From positions 26,474,001 to 26,538,000 of the forward strand of contig CM060732.1 in NCBI GenBank assembly GCA_030704615.1: a stretch of 64,000 nt of DNA. The letters are read 5' to 3'. The position numbers were made by a program, and so were the translations under genes. Below are positions 11,056-23,450 of this stretch, one piece after another; the first letter of the stretch is position 1; every line of letters begins with the position of its first letter. Origin of the DNA: Takakia lepidozioides. Taxonomy: Eukaryota; Plantae; Bryophyta. Below the pieces are notes generated by a model, which was given only the letters and a program-made list of their open reading frames with translations, did not search any database and had not been told where the DNA came from.

Positions 11056-12367
11056 CGGCGTGAGCCCAGCCCCGTGAGCCTGGGATCTAAGCTCACGCTT
11101 GGCTCACGTGGCGTCAGCCCAGGCTCCATATGCATGATGTGGCGTTCACGCCACGTAAGCGTGAGCGTCCGCCACGTCAGCAAATGTCATAACACATTTG
11201 ACGAAAGATAAGATACCTATACCCGAGGGACCTATAACCGTAGGAATACGCATTTACAATATGCCGACTTGTGCTGCATATTCCAAACAAACCGACAATG
11301 AAAAGAGACTCATTGACTACAACGATGTGCAGTCTGCCAACTTGAGCTGCATATTGCAAACAAACCGACATTTAAACGACACCCGTCTGGGTTCACTTCC
11401 CCTTCCCTTTTCCTTTGCCTCTCCCCTCATCTGCAAGTCCATTTTTATCTTTCGAGGAGAGCCGGTGTACTTGTCAGGTTGCGTGTGTGAGATGCAGCTG
11501 CAGAAAAAAAAAAAAACCATGTGCGGGATGGGCAGCTGCAAAAAAAAAAATGCACCGCAGGTACCCTAAAAGTAGTGTGCGGCACCGCACACTACTTTCA
11601 GGGCATCTGCGTGGGAAGGAAAAAAAAACAAAACGTGTGTGGGATGGGCAGCTGCATAGAAACAAAAACACCGCAAATGCCCTGAAAACAGTGTGCGGTG
11701 CCGCACACTGTTTTTCGGGCATCAGCGTGGGACAGAAAAATAAAAATAATAAAAATAATAAAACCGTGTGTGGGATGGGCATATGTAGAGAAAACGTGCT
11801 CCGCAGATGTCCTGAAAACAGTGTGCGGGTGCGCCACACTATTTTCCGGGCAGCTGTGAAGGAACGAAAAAACGAAAAAATGAAAAAAAAACTCCTGTGG
11901 GATGGCCATTTGCACAGAAAACATGCTCCGCAGAAGCCCTGGAAACACCGCACACTATTTTCCAAGCATCTGCGAGGGAACGAAAAAACCAAAAAAAAAA
12001 AACAAAACGTGTGTGGGATGGGCAGCTGCATAGAAACAAAAACACCGCAAATGCCCTGAAAACAGTGTGCGGTGCCGCACACTATTTTCCGGGCATCTGT
12101 GTGGAAAAAAAAAAAAAAAAAAAAACCTTATCTGGGATGGGCATCTGCAGAGAAAACGTTCACCACGATGCCCTGAAAACAGTGTGCGGTGCCCGCACAC
12201 TATTTTTCGGGCATCAGCGTGGGAAAGAAAAATAAAAATAAATAAATAAATAAATAACCGTGTGTAGGATGGGCATATGTAGAGAAAACGTGCTCCGCAG
12301 ATGCCCTGAAAACAGTGTGCAGTGCGCCACACTGTTTTCCGGGCAGCTGTGAAAGAACGAAAAAATG

Positions 12368-12402
<35 letters not shown>

Positions 12403-13343
12403 CTGTGGGATGGCCATTTGCACAGAAAACATGCTCCGCAGAAGCCCTGGAAACACCGCACACTGTTCTCCAGGCATCTGCGAGGGAACGTCAAAAAAAA
12501 AAAAAAAAAAAAAAAAAACTTTTGTGTGGGTTGGGCATTTGCAGAGAAAATGTGCTCCGCAGATGCCCTAAAAACAGTGTGCGGTGCCGCACACTGTTTT
12601 CAGGGTATCTGCGTGGGATCGAAAAAAATATAAAAATAAAATGTGTGGGGTGGGCAGCTGCAGAGAAAACGTGCACCGCAGATGCCCCGAAAGGAGTGTG
12701 CGGTGCCGCACACTACTTTCATGACATCTTCGTGGGAACAAAAAAAACAAAACGTGTGTGGGTGCCACAAACTACTTTTCAGGCATCTGCGGGGGAACCT
12801 GCCAAAAGTGCATTCGCTTGTGTCAAGTCAAAACGCATACATTGATTTCATCCCGACCATCCCGCAGAATGTTTCATTCAAATACAATGACATTCATCCA
12901 TTTCCAAACATGCAAGGGCTTAGTATGTACACCACATCTAAATTACACTATTCCATGTGGGCGATTTTCACATGTCCAAGCCTCAACTCTACTCCGCTAA
13001 CTTTTGGGTCTGGGGATCTGCACTGTAAGCTGCTGTTACGTTTGGATTGGTAAGAAAGCTTCATGTAACCAACACCCTCATTCTCTCTCACTTCGGCAAT
13101 TGAACACTAATCAAATCGTTGTTTTATGACATGAGGGCCGGGGGGTGGGATGGATAGGCATTCATGGGGCGACGTTTGATGGATTCGTAAAAAGACGTTA
13201 TCTGCAATGACTGAAAATGGTACGTCAATGCACGGCTATAGGCGCCTCCCGCGGAAATACGCCCTGTAAGTTCGGAATTCATAGATGACGTGGCGTGCGC
13301 CTATGCTGGGCTCATGGGCTCCTGGGCTCACAGGCTCACGATG
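11056..13343. mobile_element. Non-autonomous insertion at GCTAGC (TA duplicated) carrying a tandem hairpin array
   Basis: Flanks read gcTA|CGGCGTGAGCC ... GGCTCACGATG|TAgc, with GTGAGCC subterminal repeats inverted at both ends. Confidence 0.7.
11490..12795. repeat. Tandem array of ~11 units (~110-130 bp), each with a ~55-bp palindrome and poly-A spacer
   Basis: Unit core GCAGATGCCCTGAAAACAGTGTGCGG-TG-CCGCACACTGTTTTCAGGGCATCTGC; variant units recur at 11631/12004, 11764/12258 and 11891/12399. Confidence 0.9.
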
Positions 13344-14097
13344 TAGCAACCCCCTTATTAAAGGGTCGTGGTTTTGGTGTTTGCAAACATTGTCGAAGAG
13401 GCTGTATTAGCGGGCTTTCCGTTTCCAGTATGTCATGGCCTTCTGCTTGCATGTCCATGCCCTGTACAGTACAGAGGACACGCTTCAAAACCTGCAAGAA
13501 ACGCGCCGCAGTACCCTGGACACGATCGACAACGTGCAAGGAGCAACAATGCGCACATTTGCGGCTGCTGGCAAGTGCCAGGCGGCAGGGATAAGGTTTC
13601 AATTCATGCCCTAAAATTGGAGGGCTCAGATGGGATTTAGGCAGGGACGGTCCAGATCCGGCCTTGTTAGCGGACTGGAAGTTGGGGGACTGGCGCAGCG
13701 GACTGGCCACCAGCGTACTGGCCGGCAGACTGGCGGACGGGCAGACTGGAGGGAAGCGGACTGGCGGGCAGGCTGGCAGAGTGGACATGAGGGGATGGCT
13801 TAGCGGACCGGCCGCGGCGGACTGGGGGCGCGGGGGGAGCTGCCGCGGGCGCGGCGGGGGGGGGGGGGGGAGCCGGGCGTCCATGCGCGGGGCCCACCGC
13901 TCAGCTTGCACGTGCGCCATAACAACGCTAATATTATAAAATGAGAGGCATTTTTTCCATGTCCTTTTAATGCAAACTCCAAGGCTTCCTTTCTGGGGCT
14001 TGGTGCTTGATACCGTTGGAAAGCCTTGGACGAGGAGGGGTGCATGGGCTTGGTCTCATAATTTTTGGACCTGCGGTGTGGAAGATGTGGAATAATT

Positions 14098-14353
14098 CAC
14101 TTTGGCCAACTTGATGCGTAGTCCTGTGAAGTGTAATATGTGCCCAACTAGGAACTAAAAACTTTCATGTTCCCATTAAGTCTCATGGGAACAACCCATG
14201 ATATATGGTTAAGGTCACTTTGGCCAACTTGATGCGTAGTCCCGTGATAGCTGCCCAACTAGGAACTAAAAACTTTCATGTTCCCATTAAGTCTCATGGG
14301 AACAACCCATGATATAAGGTTAAGGTCACTTTGGCCAACTTGATGCGTAGTCC
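14098..14353 (+). repeat. Tandem duplication, ~110-119 bp period, two full copies plus a partial third
   Basis: CACTTTGGCCAACTTGATGCGTAGTCC at ~14098, ~14216 and ~14327. Confidence 0.85.
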
Positions 14354-17300
14354 CTACCTTGTCGGGCTGGGCAATGGGGCCTTGACATGGCAGATGTATA
14401 ACTTGGATAGGTACGTAGGAGATTGCACATTGGGCTTAGATGGACGGTGTGAGCACAACCCGCGGTCATAGGGGTTAAATGTTTTCAAACCGCAGTCATA
14501 GGAATTACGTGTTAACAGGCACGGTGCATATGAGTACCTTCAAATTTATTTTCTCAGTGCGAAAATAACTTTTCTAGGGCTTAAACTGCTGATACCCGGA
14601 CTGAAAACCACGATTTTTGTTTTTCTGGGGTATTCGGTTCGCATGATAACGTGAGGAAACCCCACGCCTATAGGGTAATATGTTCATCGTGTATAGGTGT
14701 TACTTGTTTCTTAAGTGATGCTGCGAGGGCTATGTGAGCAGTTAAAAATAGTTTCGCAAAGTTTTTAGTTTCTCAATTTTATTTCGCTGGAGAATACTCA
14801 AAAGGCATCTAGGGAATATCTTGAATATTCGCTTGTGCTCACGTGAGCATGCTCACACAATACCCAACCTCGGGCTTAGATGGGCCTCGACATAGGAGAC
14901 GCCCTTGGATACATAGGAGATTGCACTTGGGCTTTAGATGACATTGGACACTTGGGGCAACGGCACATGCTACCCTAGAGGTCGCACTTGGGCCTTGACA
15001 TAGGAGACGCACTGGACATTGGAGTTCAGACTTGGGCCTCTATATGGGAGAAGCACATGGATACATAGGAGAGTGCACTTGGGCTTAGATTTCAATTCTT
15101 CATATATGGGCCAATGGCACAAGCTATCCTAGATCTCCCAAACTGTAGGGTCTCTGGATACATAGGGGATTGTACTTGGACTTAGATGACACTTGGGCCA
15201 ATGGCACAGGCTACCCTAGTACATATATATATATGGTAGACTGTGTAATAAAATAAATAAGGGTCCCCTTTTGGGGGGCTATTCCTGAAGGTCGAAAAAT
15301 GGAGAGGATTGGAGCGGCCAATGGGAAGGGAAGGCAGGGGTGTTGGAATGGGTGATTTGTGAGGCCATGTGTAGAGCCTAGCATAGAAGTAGGATATGTG
15401 AGACGGTGGGCCCTCCTTCTAGTTCTAGAGCTTCCAAAGAATTCCAAAGGAGAGAAGATACATAATTGAAATGAGATAAGAACTTAATGCACGTGTGCAA
15501 CCTCCGACAATGGTACGCCGGTTTTCGGCATGTCATATCTTCCCCACCCTCTCTTGAGAGTGACATGGACTGAAGGAGTGTAAATTCCAGTCGGGATTAT
15601 GCTGGGTTACACAATGGGGAGTTTAACTCCACTCGGGAGTTACACTGAATGGAGTGTAACTCCACTCCATGTAACTTGGTCTCGAGTTGGTTAAGTATAA
15701 AATGGACTAAGAAGAGTTACATACGAGACCAGGGTTACAACAATTGGGATACTGGTGCCGGATTACACTACAATAGCCTCCCATCAAGAAGTGAACCCAG
15801 GATCTTGCCGCACTGCAATCACCTCACCAACACGATACCCACCACATCATGAAACCCTCTTGGATTCTGAAGTATTTAAAAGTGAAACCGAGGTAAGAAG
15901 GGGTGGGGAGGATTTGACCCAACATCCCAGGCTGGGGAATGGGGCAAAAATACAGTCAGATGGCACGAGTGCATTAAGTTCTTACCTCATTGTCTTCCCC
16001 ATAGAAATAGGATGAGGTGGCGGGCCCTTTATTGAAGGCTCCAGCACGCCCTTCAAATAGATAGTATATAAAGAGGGTGAGGGCTATGTTCTAGAGTGTT
16101 TCTTGGGCCTCCACCTTACTTTGGTGGGCTTTGCAAGCAAGGCCCCCTTAAAAAACTAAAATTTGGAACCTGAACCACCTTCAAATGAATAGAAATGTCA
16201 ATATGTAGAGCAGTTTCATTCGGGCCTGATTCTAGAGTGGTCCAGGAATTACTGTGGCCCAAGAATTAGAGTGAGGCGCCTATGTAAGAAGGCCACGTGT
16301 ATTAAAGAATGAGATGAGGGGGTCCAAAAGAAGAAGGGAGGAATTGGCTAAATTTAGAATAGGGAGTCTTGTAGGGTTGACATGTGTCCAAGGCCTTCTA
16401 GAAGGTCCCAGGTCGGTGGGCTTCTAGAAGGGTCCCACCGCTCTGAGAGGCTATATAAGGGACCCCCTCTTACTACCTACTAAATCAGTAAATCGTGGGC
16501 TCCAAAGGTAGGGCCCCCAATAAAAAACAGCAAACAGTAAACATGAATAGAAATGTCAATAAAAATAAAAGGGTAGACTGTAGTAAGCACTTACATGGAA
16601 TGTAGATTCAAACGAGACACAGCAAAGAACGCCGTCAACGATACCCAGCAATGCCTACAACGATGTTGAGAGGCTGGAAAGCTACTGACAACAAGTGTCT
16701 GCCGTGTTGTGCACCAAATCAACTCCAGAGTTCCGCACTATCACGCAACGTTTGTGGGCTTTTCTCATAACAACTTACTAACCTGGGCTTCCGGAAGGTT
16801 TTAGTTTCCCTTGCACTTTGCTCTTTGTCTTCACCCTTCTTAAATAAGAAACTGAGCATATAGAATATGATATCATGTTTTGGCTACTCATGAGCTTGCT
16901 TGGTATGCTGTCAAACTGCGGTAAGTTACTGCTGGTTTCGGAGATTCACCCAGTTGCTGGAATCTGAAGGGCTGCCCATAAAAAAAAGCAACAGACAAGA
17001 CCTGCGCCCAGGAAGTACTAATCAGGCAGCGCTGATCGAGGTTAGCAGTTAAAGCGACCTTGTATACTCAGCTGTGTCTTCTTCCTCCGGAATAGATGCA
17101 ATGCAAAGTTTTCGCTGTCCAAGAGCTTATTCACCGAATTACAACGTGGAGAGCGGCTTTCTGTGGTGTTGCGCTTCGAGCGACCAGAGGCGGTCGCCCT
17201 TTGAGGCCTCAAGCAGTTTGTGGCCAGGGACCTGGTCCACCCAACGTATTCACATTTGATAGATGACTTGTAGAGGCTGCTGGACGACCTGGATCTGTGG

Positions 17301-17918
17301 TTGCAGACACCTACTTCCCCTGGCCTTTCAATAACTTCTATCCTTATCAATTGAGTGTCCTCATCACCACCCTTTCTTATTTACATACTGTAGAATCCCA
17401 GGCAGTAATCAACTTCCAACTGTCTGTCTGTTTGAAGTGTCGGAGTCAAATTTTGTTCCGCATCATTTTCTAATTGGGTCTCTTCTCTCTCTCTCTCTCT
17501 CTCTCTCAAGCATCCATGAAGGAGGATGTGAGCTTTCGGTCTTTTGAAGTCCCAGGGCAAGGAAATTTGAGTGTTTTTTGCCATGATAGGGGAGATTGAA
17601 TTGTTGGGTAAAGTCTGCTGGAAGAAAGAATCAGGGAAGACAAGAGGGCGAGAGAAAAGACAAAGTTACAGAGAGAAAACCTGAGATGTGACCTGGCGTT
17701 GTTAGAATTCCCCAAGAAAAATCTTCGATGTTTATTCGGCTGCAATCGAATGCATGCAACAGAAGCTAAGACTCCACGATCAGCACAAAACCTATGCAAT
17801 CTCATCTTCCTGGGTTTCAATGGGTTCATGTAAGTAATTTGGATTTGAGACGACCAGAAGAGCAGAATTCAGGGTTGTTTTGCTCTTCCGGATCGAGCTG
17901 GTGACGGCGCCGCGAGAC

Positions 17919-19697
17919 ATGGGCAGCTTGGTGGGATCGCCTATGCCAGATTCTCCTTCCCCCATTTATCGTCATCGGACGCATCCCAGGATAACACGAA
18001 CGTTCGGAGGTAGTTTTTGTGCTTCAAATCACATCACACGGTTGAAGGAATAAAGAGGAAGAAGAAGGGAGCCTCTGACTGTTGAGTTTGGATGGGAAAA
18101 GTTTACTGAAATCCAATTTGTAATCAAATTCTATGTATGTGAGAGAGACAGAGTATTTGGGGGATATAAATTCATCGCGCTAGGGAGGATTTTTGGTCTT
18201 CGTTGACAGGGAAAAGGCCTATGATTTCGAACCCCTTTTTATGCTTAGATCTTTGCTGTTAGAGCTATGGTGAGATGAATGGCAAGAAATTTGGGGGGAT
18301 TGAGAGTGCATAGGTCAAGAAAGAAAGAAACTTTATCTGTCCATAAGGGTGCATGAGTGCGCATAGGACAAGGAAAGGAGAAGACCAGGTGTCATGTTTA
18401 CCAACTTTGGGTGCTGGAGTTAGAAGAAAGAGATGTCCTTGGTTTGTCTCCCACATTGCATGAAAGGAGGGTCATTGAACATGGTGTTTGGCTAGTCAGG
18501 GGTTTTCACTGCTTTGGAAGATACTCAAGGTAGATTTTGGAGAAGGAAACTGTGGATCTTACTGGAGAAATGTATTACTCACTGTTCCATCTTGAAACAT
18601 CGGTAGAACAAATTTTCCTTGTGTTCCTCCATACCCTCCTGTGCATTTGCCATGTTGAAGCTAATTGTATTGGTGTAATCTGGCCTGAGTATATTGGGAC
18701 CCCTCCTTTAACTCAAACAATCTTTTGCAGACATTCATTTGTGACAGGTACATCTCCTTCACCTATGTTCATAGGAGGCTTGGCCATGGGGCTATGTTAA
18801 AAAATCTGCAACCATAGGCTTTATGTGTAATAAATAAACTGACGTTTCTGGAGTGGATAGGCAGGGAAACTTGGCAAGCTGACGTTTCAAGGTGTCTTCT
18901 CCACTAAATGTACCACTTTAGAATGGATTTGACAGCCAGATCTCAACTCAGTGGTAATTTTAACCCTCCAGTTTCATCACATATGACACAGATTGCTGTG
19001 GGATCTCAGTACAGGACTGTTGTGAAACAAGTATCTAGCCAGTGGTGACATTGAAAGGTTTATTGAGGTAAGGCCCCTCAGTAAAATAGACAGTATAAGT
19101 TAGAATATTGAAAAGCTTCTTGAAAACTCTCCACCCAAAGTAGGAGGCACCTAATTATACACCCCTGGTATGACGGGTTGTACTGCCCAGTTGAATTAGC
19201 AGTGATAGTTTAGTTTTCAGTTCAGGGGTATTGCATACCAAATTATTTTGGGTGGTAAGCGCAGCATTTGAAAAATTAGTCTTGCCTTTGCAGGTATCGA
19301 GTGCTCAGCCATGCAGCCTCGATTACAATTCGTGCTGAAGATGGTGGTGGCAGCATCGTTTACTGGCACTTGCATGGTCATTCTTCGTCAATCATCTCAT
19401 GGCTCCATTGATTCAGTAAGTGCTCCCTCTGTGTTCCTATCTGTCTGGCAGATATGCCAAGTAGAATGATGAGATTTTTGTGGTCTTCACGGATTTTCTG
19501 TCTTTCTTCTTTCTAGTTCATGTTCTCAACCTACTGTTGTAAGAGTACCAAAGAGACTCGGTGAATGAAATGTGGCGTTGCAGTTTTCAAAGCGCGAAGA
19601 GGGGGTAATACACATGTTGGTGACAGGTGGGGCAGGCTATATTGGATCGCATGCTACGTTACACCTGCTAGAAGATGGCCACCGAGTTACTATTGTG
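17919..19697 (+). pseudogene. UDP-arabinose 4-epimerase (MUR4/UXE-like), first three exons only
   Basis: Exons 17919-18009, 19294-19415 and 19584-19697 splice in phase at GT-AG. They give an N-terminal TM segment then [38 protein letters not shown]. The expected next exon (DNLSRGN-type) was not seen; a gypsy fragment starts ~70 bp into intron 3. Confidence 0.85.
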
Positions 19698-19769
19698 GTT
19701 TGCTACTTAGCTCTTCTCACTTTCTGAAAGAAATTACAAGCATTTTCTTCGAGGAGAACTAGAAATATA

Positions 19770-22700
19770 CCCCCAATGAATGTCACAGTGAGCTGTACAC
19801 GACGACCATCCCTTGACTGCCATCCAGGCCTGTAGGATGCTGACTCCTCCCAAAAATCCAGGGTGAAGCCCATGGGATACAACATTGCCCTACCAACGAG
19901 GACATCGTAAGAGACTGCGTCTGTTACAATGGCCTTGGCTCGCATCACTGAGCCATCTATATGATGATCCGGCTGTAGTCTAATGGCCAACTCACGCCGT
20001 GTCATGCCCCGAGCCTGCTCTGATCCTCCCAGAGATGTCTGTATCTGGAAAAGACAAGGTTCCATATCCACCTCTATGAGGTCCAAACCTGCAATAGCAG
20101 CTCTGCCCAACATCAGTGGCTGAGCTCTTGAGTCCAACAAGACCCGTAGTGGCCGGTGCCTCTTGCATGCCGATCCACTCAAAGAGAAAATGTCATCCTG
20201 GTTGTCTAACAAGACAACTCCAGGTGTCACCATGGCGCGCTCAAAGGCTGGCCTAGCTGGCAGCTCCGTCAACCTGGCAGCTGTAGCTTACCAGGGCGCA
20301 GCCGTGGCAGTCTTGACTTTCAAATCCGAGGATCCCTTTGCCACTACACCTTCTACTAACTCCGCAGAAGATGAAATGACATCCCCACTCTCACAGAGTG
20401 TTGCTGCTAGTCTGAACACTGCAGCTGGTCTTACCCCCGGCGTCGCAATCATGGTTGCTGAGAACAGTGGGGCCTGACACACAAAACTGGCCGCCCCCAA
20501 TAACACACTGGCTGCACTAGCCTTGGCAGCAGGTGTCAGTGCTGCACGTGTAGCTCTCCTCAATGACACAATAACGGCCTTTGCTTCGGTATCCGTCGGG
20601 TGAGAACTAGGTACCATGGATGTCGTCGACCCTGTCTCCGTCAAGATGAATGATTGAGGCAACCTAGCCTGACAGCTTGCCTCCCCACGCTGTGGATCCA
20701 ACTCCACCTCTGCACCTCGTGGCTCAGGAACTCGTGTTGTTCCTCGAGTGACGGCTGCAGCAGACTCCACCTACACTAGTGGTAGTGCTGCCCCACACAT
20801 AAATCTCATGTCTCATATGTCTCCTCCGTCAAGATGACGCTGCTGAGGAGGAACATGAGGTGGACCCTCAGGTTTTGGAGCTGGTACCACCTGAGTTATG
20901 GCCATGGCAGCAAGCCTTTGCTCTAGCTGCTGAAGCCGGTTGGCCATGCCTTGGTCAACGCCCTGACCTCTACGTCCTTGGCCACACTGTGCTTGGCTTC
21001 GTCCTGCACCTTGTGCCTGACCACCTCGTGCTCTTTGAGGTGCTCCACCTCGCCCCCGGCCACCATTATTCCATTGGAACTGGCCTCGCCGCAACGCCCA
21101 TACTTGCCACAATGCCCACACTGCAACTGTGCAGGCTATGCTTGTGCCGGCCCTTTGCCACTCTCTGGGCAATCTTTCTTGACATGGGATCCTCTACATG
21201 TCCAATATACCACCCCTGGTTGCTGTTGGTCTGCCAAAGAAGCTATTGGCATCTGCACCTGAGGTCCCCTTTAAGCTCCATGGAATTTGGGTTGGGCAAC
21301 CTTGCCCCCCTGACCATGTTGTTGGGCAGTCCCTTGTGCCTGTTAGCTGGCAGCTGCGCCTCGTGCAGGCATCTCCTTGCCAAATCCAATGGTAACAACT
21401 CGCTCCTCCACCATGTTGAGCTCAATCCGCTCAGCCAGCAGAAACACATCTGCTAATGTGGGTTGGGCCGCTTGTAACAGGATTGCATCCCGCATCCTTC
21501 TCCTGAGCTCCTTGTCCAAAATTCCATACCAGAACTGGACTACCTGAGCTTCAGTAACCCCTTGGGTTACACTTATCAAGCGCCTCATACGAGTGTAGCT
21601 AGGCCTCTCGCAAGCTCTCACTGGATTTGCGCTGGAAGTCTTGCAAACTTCGCACCTTCTCTGTCCGTATGCCTTGGTAGTTCCTCCGCAACTCCTGGAA
21701 GAACTCCACCACCGGGTTGAATCTAGGCACATGTGTTGTAGTCGTGGCAGGAGAAGTGGTAGCACCTTTCGAACTGATATCACCTGCAGAAGTACCGGCA
21801 CACCTTGTTCCACTACTAGTACTGGCAGTGGAGATATTGGTGCTGATGCAGCTACTGGTCGCGTCGTGCCTCGAGTAATGGAGACGTAGTCAGGTGACCA
21901 ATATATCCTCCACTCCTCAATCTCTGCTTCATGTCCTCGCCCGAACTCGTGGTAATCGTCCATAGGCGGACATTCCAAATGCTGGAACAGTCCGTTCCAC
22001 TCCATGAATGGCCCGGTGAACAGCTGTGGATTGCGCATCTACTGCAAATCACACCAACTGTCGAATTTTTGGATAACATCCATCTCGATTGTGCCCACAG
22101 CTCCAGAGTACCTACGAGGCCCCTTGGTAGCTCCATACATCTCCTCCATGTCGTCCCACAACAATGGTGAAGAAAACTGCACACCGTAGCTGCGTGTGGC
22201 CATCAACACTCCTACTTTGCCGTGTCATCTTCTCTTGTAATATGAACTGACACAATACGAGACTTTGCAATCAACTGCTCACGTGCGGCAAAATGGAAAC
22301 TTGCCTTGCCTTGCCTATACCCATGCCAGTACCGTGTTTATCCGCTGGCTCACAGTGCAATGTGGCATGGTAGACCTGCATCCTCTCATGCCCATCCTCT
22401 CGGCGTCCTTGCCAAGCTAACCCATAAGCACGATAACCGCTTCTCATTCGGCCTTCACTACTCGCACACCATACATATGTTCAGAATAAGTTTGAGTTCC
22501 TACTGTCACCACCAACCAAAACTAGGAGCCCTCAACCAAAACTAGAAGCCCTCCTCTCATCGCTATGCTTCCCATGACCATCTATATACCCAAAAACCAG
22601 AGATGATCGAAACCTGCATGTTTTTTTTTTGTTTTTTTTTTAAAAAGCTTTTCAAACTAAGCACTACTTACACACATGTAATCATACAAGTGCTAACCCT

Positions 22701-22950
22701 CAACTCCTACCTTGCACTCACAGGTAAGAGAGCATCTCTCTCCAGTGATATGAAAACTAAACTCACACTGTCTAATGACATAGAAACACAACACAAGCAC
22801 TCGTTAAAATAAGAGTCTAGCCAGAGGCACCCCAAACTATGGGGACTCCACCCCACAACACTCTCCCTCCATAAGTACACTCAAATGCTAAGCAGCGAGG
22901 AAGCTCGGTCGTGCAGGCTCAACTCGAGAGAGATGAGCCGCACGACTGAC
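19770..22950 (-). mobile_element. Second, degenerate copy of the same gypsy family: leader, gag with zinc-knuckle remnants, protease; cut off before the DNMT domain
   Basis: 19775-20620 aligns with 8045-8879. Gag-like FWYGILDKELRRRMRD..PTLADVFLLAERIE; knuckle remnants xWTCRGSHVKKDC and CGHCGKYG. Confidence 0.85.
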
Positions 22951-23139
22951 GGGCTCGTGAAGATAAGATGGTTCAGGTGTCAAGCTAAACTTGACACTTG
23001 ACTTAACACTTGAACTCATTCCAAGTGTTAAATACAAATAACTAGATTTATTCTAGTTAGTTTCACACTGTATATATTTAACTTGACAGGATGATGTTGG
23101 GTGATTTAGCTCATCCACATCTATAATTTGTAGCTCCTC

Positions 23140-23450
23140 CTTATGGGCCAAGTAGCATCAATGTGTTTCCAAGCCTTTGAATCAGCTGCATGGCTCACAA
23201 GGCCATCGTTGCTTGCAATCAGGTCATTAATTCTGCAATAGAAGAGCATCTATACATACGCAAAAAGCGTGGTATCAATGGAAAATGTCGAAGCACCTTA
23301 ATAGGTACATTGGATCTCCCCACATTTTTTAATCGGGCGCTTTGACACTTGGGGCAACTCTCTGAAGTTTTCAAGTCCCCCCTAAACAACGCACACCCCT
23401 TTGGGCAAGCATCGATCTTCTCATAAGCAAGCCCATGTACAAAAAACAAG
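23140..23450 (-). pseudogene. CACTA/En-Spm TnpD transposase fragment
   Basis: YEKIDACPKGCALFRG...CPKCQSAR...KVLRHFPLIPRFLRMY...SHAADSKAWKHID, the motifs just upstream of the Transposase_21 domain. Confidence 0.85.

Noticed and set aside
11415-12845. Many overlapping Lys- or Phe-rich ORFs
   Set aside because: Translation artefacts of the tandem array and its poly-A tracts.
13336-13920. 194-aa Pro-rich ORF
   Set aside because: Open frame arising from a GC-rich repeat; the homologous copy at 1020-1460 does not keep the frame.
16590-17350. Possible minus-strand gene fragment divergent from the MUR4-like gene
   Set aside because: Splice-like signals are present but there is no recognisable protein motif or consistent frame.
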